Assembly: GCA_963792055.1 (NCBI GenBank)
Contig: CAWBUV010000017.1
Location: forward strand, 252,283-316,282
Direction: 5' to 3'
Origin: an uncultured Solibacteraceae bacterium
GTDB taxonomy: Bacteria > Acidobacteriota > Terriglobia > Bryobacterales > Bryobacteraceae
DNA length: 64,000 nucleotides
Made by a program: the position numbers and the translations under genes. Below are positions 1 through 8,019 of this stretch, piece by piece. Each line of letters opens with the position of its first letter. Position 1 is the first letter of the stretch. A model generated the notes under the pieces. It was not told the origin of the DNA. It did not search any database and worked only from the letters and a program-made list of their open reading frames with translations.

Positions 1-316
1 TGGATGTGGCGTGCGTGCCGGGGTAGGCATTGCGTAATTCGAGATTGGTGATGACGGTCAGTTGATCGGCAACCCGGGAGAGCGATTTCAGGGTTGGTGA
101 AAGTTCGCCAAGCGTGCCCGTGCCATTCGGCGTCCATTCCGGCATGTGGGCGCCCATGGGCATGTACACGAAGCCAAGGCGACGGACCGGGCGTGCCGGA
201 GTGGCGGCGAGCGCGGTCATGGACGGAATCATGGCGTCCAGCAGGGGCAGGGCCAGGGTGGTCCCCACGCCGCGGAGAAATGTGCGACGCGGCAGCGCCT
301 TTTTGGTGACGATCAT
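1..316 (-). CDS. DUF1552-family protein, N-terminal fragment (gene continues beyond window start)
   Basis: Minus-strand ATG at 316-314, then my translation MIVTKKALPRRTFLRGVGTTLALPLLDAMIPSMTALAATPARPVRRLGFVYMPMG... This is a twin-arginine-type signal and an N-terminus typical of DUF1552. ATGA start/stop overlap with the upstream DUF1592 gene. Not in the ORF track because it has no stop inside the window. Confidence 0.7.
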   Translation of the reverse strand, partial: MIVTKKALPRRTFLRGVGTTLALPLLDAMIPSMTALAATPARPVRRLGFVYMPMGAHMPEWTPNGTGTLGELSPTLKSLSRVADQLTVITNLELRNAYPGTHATS

Positions 317-2649
317 TGAGACCTCCTCATTTGAAACGGAGTGCTGTTGACGATACCGAGGATAAAGGACGAGAAACGGAAATTATCGGCCTGTGCGCTG
401 CGTACTACGGTGCGCACGGCGGGTGCGTCGTAGGCTTCGACGCCGCGCCCGAGCCCATAGGTCAAGAGCTTTTCGGTGAAGACGCCGGCGAAGACTTCGG
501 GGCGGCTTAAGATCGCGCGCTCCAGACCGGCCACGCCTTCGAACTTGCTGCCATCGGGCAATCCGCCGGAGACATCGATGGGCTTGCCGTCTTCGGCGGT
601 GCGCCAACGGCCTACCGCGTCGTAGTTTTCGAAGGTAAATCCGACGGGGTCCATCAGACGGTGACAGCCAGCGCAGGCCGGGTTCGCGCGATGCTCGGCC
701 ATGCGTTCCCGCATGGAGACCGCGTTACCGGCGGCGGGGCCTTCTTTCAAACTCGGGACGGCGCCGGGCGGTGGAGGCGGAGGCACACCGAGAATGTTGG
801 CGAGGATCCACTTGCCGCGAATCACGGGCGAGGTCCGCGTGGGGTAGGAGGTGACCGTCAGGATGCTGCCCTGGCGAAGGAGACCTCCACGCACCGCGTC
901 CGGCCCAAAAGTGACGCGGCGGAAGCGGCTGCCGTAAACGTTGGGAATTCCGTAGTGTTTGGCGAGGCGCTCGTTGAGGAAGGTGTAGTTGGCCCGGATG
1001 AGGTCGAGGATGCTGCGGTCTTCCCGCATCACGCTATCAAAGAACAGCTCGGTTTCCTGGTGGAAGGCCTGGCGCAGATTGTCGTCGAAATCGGGAAAGG
1101 CGCGCATGTCGGGATGCGAGGCATCGAGATTGCGAAGGTACAGCCACTGGTCGGCGAAGTTGGTGACCAGGGCGCGCGAGCGGGAATCGGCGAGCATCCG
1201 CCGCACCTGCTGCTCGAGCATAGGCGGGTTGTGAAGTTTGCCGCGGGTGGCTGCGTCCAGGAGTTCGTCGTCCGGGAGGCTGCTCCAGAGGAAAAAGGAA
1301 AGGCGCGTGGCGAGTTCGAGATCGCCGACGCGGTAGGCGGACCGGGTGGCAATTCCTGGCGGGTCCTCTTCTACGCGAAAGAGAAATTCGGGACTGACGA
1401 GGATGGAACGAAGGGCCATCTCAATACCGGCTTCGTGGCCGCTTTCGGTGCGCGTGTCGCGGTAGAACTTCATGGGTGCTTTGAGGTCGGCGTCTGTTAC
1501 GGGACGCCGGTAGGCGCGGCGCGCGAGGGTCATCAGAATGCGTTTGGCGCACGCTTCTTCCTCGCCGGGATTTGTGGGAGTACACAGCAGAATACGCTGG
1601 CGGCTTGGACTGTTGCCGGGCCCTTGCGCGTTGTAGGGACCGATCACGGAGATGGAGTAGACGGCGGTCTGGATGCGCGGGTGACGGTCCATATTGAAAT
1701 GGGCCTGGTAGGGCTGGCGCTCGGTTTCGAGCAGAGTGGAGTGCTGCTTTGGAAATGCGGCGGCAATCTGGTGGGGGCCGGACTTCACTGGAATGCGCAC
1801 GTGGACATCCTGATCGACCGCGTGGTGATCGTTGCCTGGCGCGGGTGGCTTGACGGTGAACAGGCCAACGCGCTCGCCATCGAGCAGAAGTTCCACCTGC
1901 TGAGATTCCGTCAGGCCTTCGACGTGTTCGTTGCGGTCGCGCGCCAATCGCACTTGAAGTTCGTAATCGGCATCGAGCGGGAACGTGTAGCGGAGGGAGA
2001 GTCCTCCGCGCGTACCGAGGGGAAGCTGGTCGAAATGCTCCTCCTGGGTGAGGTCCGGCGGGAGGTTGATGGTCTCACCGCCCGGTGATTTTGTGGGGCT
2101 GCCCAGGGCGAGGCGGCTGATTTTGCGGGCGGCGGAAACGTAGCGTTCGAGGAGGGTAGGAGAAAGCTCGCCGACGGTCACGTTGTCGAAACCGTAGCTT
2201 GCATCGTCGCTGGGGAGCAGCGGAGCGGCGTCGATGTCGAGTGCCAGGAGATCTCGGATGGCGTTCTGATATTCGGTGCGGTTGAGACGGCGGAAAGTGT
2301 CGGTGCGACCGGGGTTGGGGTGCAAAGCTGCGGCCTTGTCGAGGGAGGTTTCCAGCTCGGAGATCAGTGCGCGGTAAGTGGCATCGTCCGGGCGAGGCAG
2401 GCCGGCAGGAGGCATAGAGCGGACGCGCAGGCGGCGCACCACCTTCTCCCAGATCTCGGGGTGTGCGGCGGGTTCACCGGCCGCGGCAGCGTCGAGCGCG
2501 AGGCCGCCGGTTTTAAGCTTGCTGTTATGACAGCCGGTACAATATCGATCGAGAGTGGCGCGGGGTTGCTGGGCAATGGCGGAGCCGCAGGCGCCCACGA
2601 GGAGTGCGGTGAGGACACAGCACGGAATCCAATCCCTCCAGCCCTTCAT
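313..2649 (-). CDS. DUF1592/DUF1595/DUF1587/DUF1588/DUF1585-type haem-binding protein
   Basis: Intact 778-aa ORF with an ATG start. It has a signal peptide and two CxxCH motifs (YCTGCHN near the N-terminus, ACAGCHR near the C-terminus). Conserved blocks such as 'RLNRTEYQNAIRDLL' and 'FLFRVE' match the family that is normally paired with DUF1552. Confidence 0.85.
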   Translation of the reverse strand: MKGWRDWIPCCVLTALLVGACGSAIAQQPRATLDRYCTGCHNSKLKTGGLALDAAAAGEPAAHPEIWEKVVRRLRVRSMPPAGLPRPDDATYRALISELETSLDKAAALHPNPGRTDTFRRLNRTEYQNAIRDLLALDIDAAPLLPSDDASYGFDNVTVGELSPTLLERYVSAARKISRLALGSPTKSPGGETINLPPDLTQEEHFDQLPLGTRGGLSLRYTFPLDADYELQVRLARDRNEHVEGLTESQQVELLLDGERVGLFTVKPPAPGNDHHAVDQDVHVRIPVKSGPHQIAAAFPKQHSTLLETERQPYQAHFNMDRHPRIQTAVYSISVIGPYNAQGPGNSPSRQRILLCTPTNPGEEEACAKRILMTLARRAYRRPVTDADLKAPMKFYRDTRTESGHEAGIEMALRSILVSPEFLFRVEEDPPGIATRSAYRVGDLELATRLSFFLWSSLPDDELLDAATRGKLHNPPMLEQQVRRMLADSRSRALVTNFADQWLYLRNLDASHPDMRAFPDFDDNLRQAFHQETELFFDSVMREDRSILDLIRANYTFLNERLAKHYGIPNVYGSRFRRVTFGPDAVRGGLLRQGSILTVTSYPTRTSPVIRGKWILANILGVPPPPPPGAVPSLKEGPAAGNAVSMRERMAEHRANPACAGCHRLMDPVGFTFENYDAVGRWRTAEDGKPIDVSGGLPDGSKFEGVAGLERAILSRPEVFAGVFTEKLLTYGLGRGVEAYDAPAVRTVVRSAQADNFRFSSFILGIVNSTPFQMRRSQ

Positions 2650-3097
2650 GCCCAGTCTCCGTATAACTATGCAACAGTATATATGTGATTCGGGACGCTT
2701 GCATGCCTCTTGCCCAGTACTCCCCTATCGCACCGTTGTAATTCAGTGTTATCCAAGCAGTACAAACGGTTTCGGTCCATTGAGTACTTGCCGCCGGCTC
2801 CAATCCACGGCAAGATTTAGGAATGCCGAATGACGATCGTGAGGCAGAGGATGGACACGCGATGAGTTGCAGAGAACGAGACCACATCATCCTGGCGTTC
2901 GCGCTGGCTGCGAATGAAGGGAATATTGCGTCCGAAGATTTCGAGCTTGCCGCGAGCGAACGCGAACGTCAGCATGCGCAGAAATCCGTGGAGGCAGCGC
3001 GCAGCTATTGCCACCATCTGCGATCGGTGTTTCTGACTCACTGCGAGCAGCACGGGTGCTAAGCAAGGTTCGACGCGTTCCGCACCGTCTTTGGACG

Positions 3098-6000
3098 CTA
3101 ATCGCTATCCAGAGTTGCGCGCAGTAACTTTACCAGATCGCCGACCTGGAAGGGCTTCCTGATAAAGTCCTTGACGATGGAAGCGTCAATGGACTGAGCC
3201 ACCATCTCCCGGCTATAGGCGCTGGTAAGAACCACTTTGACGGATGGCCGGGTACGCTGCGCTTCCCGGATGACCTCGCGGCTCGGTGTTCCCGGAAGGG
3301 TCATGTCCAGCAGGATGATGTCAATTTGCGCCGGGTGATTGCGAAGCAGGTCCACGGCGGCAGACCCGTCGCGCGCACCCACTACACTGAAACCCTTCCT
3401 GGCAAGCATCTTGGAGACGGAAGTACGGAGAGCATCTTCGTCTTCTACCAAAAGTAGAGTGGCGGCCGCACCGTTGATTTCCGAGGCCAAATCAGGCGAC
3501 GTGGGAGCGCTGGGCCTCTCCGGAACATCGGCGCAGGGCAGGAAGATTTGAAAAGTGGAGCCTTGGCCGGGGGTGCTGCTCAGGTGGATGGCGCCAGCGT
3601 GGGCACGGACAATTCCCTGCACAACCGCCAGGCCGAGACCGCGGCCGGCGAACTTGGTAGTGAAGAAGGGGTCAAAGATTCTTGCCTGCTGCTCCTGGCC
3701 GATCCCGCTACCGGTATCCGAAACCGACAAGCAGAGGTAATCGGCATCGGCCAGGTTTGTGCCCGCAAACGCAGGAACGTTCCGCCCTGCGAAGGAGGTA
3801 GCGACGTGGATGAGACCGTCCTTCTCTCCGAGCGCTTCCGAAGCGTTAATGATCAGATTCATTACAATCTGCCGGACCTGTGCGGCATTGCCGCGAACGG
3901 CGGGAAGTCCATTGCGGAGATCGGTTTTCAATATCGCGTGCTTCGAGATGGAGACTTTGAGCAACTCCAGCATCTCTTCCACCAGCCTGGAGAGGTCTAC
4001 CGAGCCGAGATCGGCCTGATCCTGCCCCGAGTAGATCATGAGTTCACGCACGATTTCGGCGGCACGGACGGCTACCGCCTTAATCCTCTGGATATGCTCG
4101 GCCGGAGAGGCACCGCTTGCAGCCTCCAACTCCGCCAGTTCCGCATCCGCCAGGACGCTGCCCAACAGATTGTTAAAGTCATGGGCGATGCCCCTGGTCA
4201 GAGCACCCAAACTCTCCAGCTTTTGTCTTTCCGCGTCCTCCACCTGGGCACGTTTGAGATCCGTGATATCGATATCGGAGCCGATATAGCCGGCGAAGGC
4301 TCCACCCGGGGCGAAGTGAGGCACCCCGCTGCACAACAGCCACCGGTAGGCACCATCGGCACGGCGTATCCGGTATTCGATGTGGAAGTCCAGGCGAGCA
4401 TCAAAGGCCGAACAGTAAGCGGCAAAGCAGCGGTCGGCGTCGTCGGGGTGGATACCCTCGGCCCAGCCGTTGCCCAATTCCTGTTCCAGGGTCCGGCCCG
4501 TGAAGCTCAGCCAGGTCTTGTTGAAAAAGGTGCAGAGCTTGTCGACGCCGGACATCCACATCATTACAGGCGCGGTGTCGGCCAGATTACGGAAGAGTTC
4601 TTCGCTTTCGCGTAGAGCGGTTTCGGCCTGCTTGCGCTCGGTAATATCGAGGCTGACGCCAACCAGGCGAGCGGCTTCGCCGGCCTCGTTGAGCATGACC
4701 GCGGCCTGCGAGAGCGTCCAACGGAGGGTGCCATCGGGCAACACCACACGGAATTCCGTTTCCAGATTTTGCTTTTTGACGACACTCTCCGCCGCGAGCG
4801 CCAGCAGGCGTTTTTTGTCGTCGGGGTGGATCAGTGCAACCCATTCGGCGAATGTCCGGGGGTCGCCCAACGCGGCATTCGGCGGCGACAGCGTGATCGA
4901 CTTCTCCCGCAGATCGCAGTGCCACACCGAGAGGCGCGCGGCGCTTAGCGCTAGTGTCAGGCGCTGCTCACTTTCGCGAAGGGCGCTCTCCACCTGGATG
5001 CGTTCGGTGCTGTCTTCCATCACGCCGATGAAGTATTGCGGCTCGTGATTATGATCGCGCACCAATGAGACATTCACCCGCACCCAGACTGGCGAGCCGT
5101 TCTTGCGGAGGCAGCGTTTCTCTGTGGAGTACGACGTGATTTCGCCGTTCAAAAGTCTCTGAATTGCGTGGACACAGGCCTCGCAGTGATCGGGGTGTGT
5201 GATTTGGAGAAACGTCATCCCGAGCAATTCCGCGCGCGAATATCCGAGGATCTCGCAAATGCGATCGTTCACCAGCCGAAACTGCCCGGAAAGGGTGGCC
5301 TGGGTGATGCCGACCGCTGCCTGAAAAAAAGTGGCCCGGAAGAGCTCCTCACTGTCTCGCAGTGCCAGTTCCGTGTGCCGCCGTTCGGTTGCGAACCCGA
5401 CATGGGTGGCGATGGTTTGAGCGATCTGGAGTTCTTCTGTCCGAAACTCGTGCGGCTGGTTGTAATACAACATCAATTTGCCGATCACTCCGCCGTTTCC
5501 CAACAGGGGGATGAAGGCAAGTGCCCGAATCCCTTCCTTCTCGAGCGCCGGCAGCATCGTGGAGATTGACGGGTCCAGGAGGACGTCCGGAACGGCGATG
5601 GTCCGCGCGTCGGGGGCTCCTCGCCGCCAGGGTGAATGCCCGGTCACCGCCGAGCGGTATTCGTCCGATAACCCGCTCCAGGCCTTGAACCGCATGACGT
5701 CATCGGAGTCGAAGATAAGAACACCGGCGTTGTCGGCGCCCACCGCATGCGTCAATCCTTGCACTGCCGCCAGGTAGATCTCGGCAGGCTGATGAGCAAG
5801 GTTGACCGCCTCTGCGAGGCCGCTCAACACCTGCATCTGTTCCAACTTACTTTGCAGTTCGCGAGCGGCGCGCTTTTGTTCGGTGATGTCCACGGAGATG
5901 CCGAGCATCGTCGCGGGTTCACCTCGATCGTCGCGGGTGACTTTACCTCGCGAGTACAGGAAGTGCACACTGCCGTCGGGCCAGATGACGCGGAACTCGT

Positions 6001-6619
6001 GTGCAAGACTACCCTGCTGCATGCCGTCCCAGAATGCCCTTCTCAAAGCGTCCTGGTCTTCGGGATGGACAAGGGAAAGGACGGAATCTGTCTTGCCGTC
6101 AAAGGTACCCGCCGGCACGCCGTGAAGCGCTTCCAACTCCGGGGACCAGCGGACTCGCCGCGTCTTCAGGTCACATTCCCAAACGCCCATCTTGCCGAAG
6201 GAAAGGGCCAGGCGGAGACGCTCATCAAGATCCCTTGCCTGCTTTCTGGCGGAGGTAATGTCGCGGAGAATGACAAGCACACCAGCGCCTGACGGGTATA
6301 CGTCGGCTTCCAGCCATCGATCGACGCTGGGACAATATTCTTCGCAGTGGCCCCGCTGCGGGCGCTCGGAGGCAACGCGATGCAACTCGGTGTAAAAGGC
6401 ATTCCCGAAGGCATTCGGGAAGATGTCCCAAGTTGACTTACCAATCAGGTCTGACGCCGGACGTCCGGCAAATTGCGCTGCCGCCCGATTTAAATACGTC
6501 ACCCGCCATTCCGCATCGAGGACAACCACGGCGTCGTGGATATTCTCGAGAACCTGCTCGACCGGGATTTCCCTTCCTTCTCCCAAAGGCCAAGTTAGAG
6601 ACTGCTTCGGATTCGGCAT
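3098..6619 (-). CDS. Multi-PAS/GAF sensor hybrid histidine kinase with C-terminal receiver
   Basis: Intact 1173-aa ORF. It has several PAS/PAC-like units separated by 'DIT(E/S)RK'-type boundaries and one GAF-like unit. H-box 'GIAHDFNNLL'; HATPase_c boxes 'NLIINASEAL', 'DTGSGI', 'GRGLGLAVV'. Receiver domain 'LLVEDEDALR...ILLDMTLPG'. Confidence 0.9.
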   Translation of the reverse strand: MPNPKQSLTWPLGEGREIPVEQVLENIHDAVVVLDAEWRVTYLNRAAAQFAGRPASDLIGKSTWDIFPNAFGNAFYTELHRVASERPQRGHCEEYCPSVDRWLEADVYPSGAGVLVILRDITSARKQARDLDERLRLALSFGKMGVWECDLKTRRVRWSPELEALHGVPAGTFDGKTDSVLSLVHPEDQDALRRAFWDGMQQGSLAHEFRVIWPDGSVHFLYSRGKVTRDDRGEPATMLGISVDITEQKRAARELQSKLEQMQVLSGLAEAVNLAHQPAEIYLAAVQGLTHAVGADNAGVLIFDSDDVMRFKAWSGLSDEYRSAVTGHSPWRRGAPDARTIAVPDVLLDPSISTMLPALEKEGIRALAFIPLLGNGGVIGKLMLYYNQPHEFRTEELQIAQTIATHVGFATERRHTELALRDSEELFRATFFQAAVGITQATLSGQFRLVNDRICEILGYSRAELLGMTFLQITHPDHCEACVHAIQRLLNGEITSYSTEKRCLRKNGSPVWVRVNVSLVRDHNHEPQYFIGVMEDSTERIQVESALRESEQRLTLALSAARLSVWHCDLREKSITLSPPNAALGDPRTFAEWVALIHPDDKKRLLALAAESVVKKQNLETEFRVVLPDGTLRWTLSQAAVMLNEAGEAARLVGVSLDITERKQAETALRESEELFRNLADTAPVMMWMSGVDKLCTFFNKTWLSFTGRTLEQELGNGWAEGIHPDDADRCFAAYCSAFDARLDFHIEYRIRRADGAYRWLLCSGVPHFAPGGAFAGYIGSDIDITDLKRAQVEDAERQKLESLGALTRGIAHDFNNLLGSVLADAELAELEAASGASPAEHIQRIKAVAVRAAEIVRELMIYSGQDQADLGSVDLSRLVEEMLELLKVSISKHAILKTDLRNGLPAVRGNAAQVRQIVMNLIINASEALGEKDGLIHVATSFAGRNVPAFAGTNLADADYLCLSVSDTGSGIGQEQQARIFDPFFTTKFAGRGLGLAVVQGIVRAHAGAIHLSSTPGQGSTFQIFLPCADVPERPSAPTSPDLASEINGAAATLLLVEDEDALRTSVSKMLARKGFSVVGARDGSAAVDLLRNHPAQIDIILLDMTLPGTPSREVIREAQRTRPSVKVVLTSAYSREMVAQSIDASIVKDFIRKPFQVGDLVKLLRATLDSD

Positions 6620-6870
6620 TTCCGTTACGTGCGTTTCTGACGCGAGCCCTCACGGGCGGTATGCCTATCCTACCAAGCGTTCTGCATGGCGGGTTAACGG
6701 GCGGTTGTTTTGCGGCGGTTCGGTACCATCCGGCAGTACTTTCGGCACGGCAGCCAAACTGTGCCGAGGAATTTCGCAAAAAGTACCGTGACTTCGTGTA
6801 CCGCGGAAGTACCGCGAGGACTTACACATACAGGCCTCGTTAGTGCATGCTCTTAGCAGAGAAGGTACAG

Positions 6871-7512
6871 ATGAAGCCCGAAACCGATTACTACGAAATC
6901 CTGCAAATCAGCCGCCACGCGGACGTTGAAACCATTCATCGGGTTTTCCGCATTATGGCCACACGGTTTCATCCGGACAACCCCCGCACCGGGGATACGG
7001 AGACCTTCCTCCATCTGCAACGTGCTTACCAGGTGCTCTCGGATCCGGAGCAGCGCGCCAGGTACGACAGCAGCCGAGTGATCGAGGAAGAGTCGCCCCT
7101 GCCGATATTCGAGCTCAAGGATTTTGTCTACGGACTCAAAGGAGAAGTGAACCGGCGGCTGGGGGTGTTGTCTCTTCTCTATAATCGACGACGGGCCAAC
7201 GAAGACAATCCGGGGCTATCGGTGCTGGATCTGGAAAAGCGGATGGCTTTTCCACGTGAGCATCTGAACTTTGCCTTGTGGTATCTGAAAGCAAAAGGAT
7301 ACGTCCGACAGGAAGATAACTCCGATTGTGGAATTACCGCGGAAGGCATCGATTTTATCGAGACTCACTCGTCGAGCGACGATCTGGTGAAGCGGCTGAT
7401 CCACGCCGGTCCCACCGCGGGGGCGCAGTTCACGGATGGGAATGAGACGAGTTCAGGACAGGCGGGGGATACGGCGGAGTTGCAGTCTGCGCGATTAGCA
7501 TTGGCCTCTTAA
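6871..7512 (+). CDS. J-domain (DnaJ-like) protein with winged-helix-like C-terminal half
   Basis: J-domain with HPD motif: 'DYYEILQISRHAD...RFHPDNPRTGD...LQRAYQVLSDPEQRARYD'. GAGAAGG lies 6 nt before ATG 6871; the ORF-track start 6847 is also possible. The C-terminal segment 'LSVLDLEKRMAFPREHLNFALWYLKAKGYVRQ' looks wHTH-like. Confidence 0.8.
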   Translation: MKPETDYYEILQISRHADVETIHRVFRIMATRFHPDNPRTGDTETFLHLQRAYQVLSDPEQRARYDSSRVIEEESPLPIFELKDFVYGLKGEVNRRLGVLSLLYNRRRANEDNPGLSVLDLEKRMAFPREHLNFALWYLKAKGYVRQEDNSDCGITAEGIDFIETHSSSDDLVKRLIHAGPTAGAQFTDGNETSSGQAGDTAELQSARLALAS

Positions 7513-7524
7513 GTTCACAGTTCT

Positions 7525-7812
7525 ATGGCGTGGAAGTCCAATTGCTTAATTGGCTCTGTGCGAAGATTAGCTCATCATCTGCAGAACATACTGCTTGCCG
7601 GAGCCCTCCTCAGCCCGGCAATCTTTTCCGGCTGTGCCGTTCGTGCACGTTATTACGATCCCGTGCACTCCGATTATCACCGCTGGGGGCCTGCCGAACG
7701 GGAACCCTATGCTCGATGGGAAGTTGAAGGCCATCGTCCGCATTCCGACTATAAGAAGTTAAGAAAAGAAGATCGCCAAGCCTACTGGAACTGGCGTCAC
7801 GATCACCATTAA
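7525..7812 (+). CDS. Small putative lipoprotein, His/Tyr/Trp-rich
   Basis: 95-aa ORF. The hydrophobic N-terminus ends in a lipobox-like 'IFSGC'. The tail is YYDPVHSDYHRW...YWNWRHDHH. No family recognised. Confidence 0.45.
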   Translation: MAWKSNCLIGSVRRLAHHLQNILLAGALLSPAIFSGCAVRARYYDPVHSDYHRWGPAEREPYARWEVEGHRPHSDYKKLRKEDRQAYWNWRHDHH

Positions 7813-8019
7813 ATATTGGGCGAGGGGCGAAACGTCGATTCCTTCTCTCCAGATGGACTCCAAGATCTGACGGATCGCCCACTGGTCCGTGATGAGCGGC
7901 CAGACGGCGATCCACCTACTGGGGCGGAATCGCTGCCATACGCTGCTCGTCGGCGATGAGTTCCGGGCGCGATGCCACTCGCGAAACGGACTCATCAGAA
8001 GCTGCAAGGGCCGCTTACC

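Noticed and set aside
661-2088. 475-aa plus-strand ORF
   Set aside because: It is antisense to the well-supported DUF1592 gene and is Gly/Ala/Arg/Val-rich with no recognisable motifs. This is a typical shadow ORF of high-GC DNA. The same reasoning applies to 40871..42148 (antisense to accC), 50016..51053, 22078..22923, 56492..57394 and 62168..63118.
2823-3062. 79-aa plus ORF (66 aa from ATG 2862 after GAGGA) overlapping a 78-aa minus ORF in a lower-GC spacer
   Set aside because: The two ORFs are mutually exclusive, no family is recognised, and there is no way to choose the strand from the sequence. It is left uncalled.
7955-7996. Compound hairpin (GATGAGTTCCG...CGGACTCATC with an inner CGCGA/TCGCG stem) as terminator between the lipoprotein gene and STK1
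   Set aside because: There is no U-tract on either strand and the stem is bulged. It is too weak to call as a terminator.
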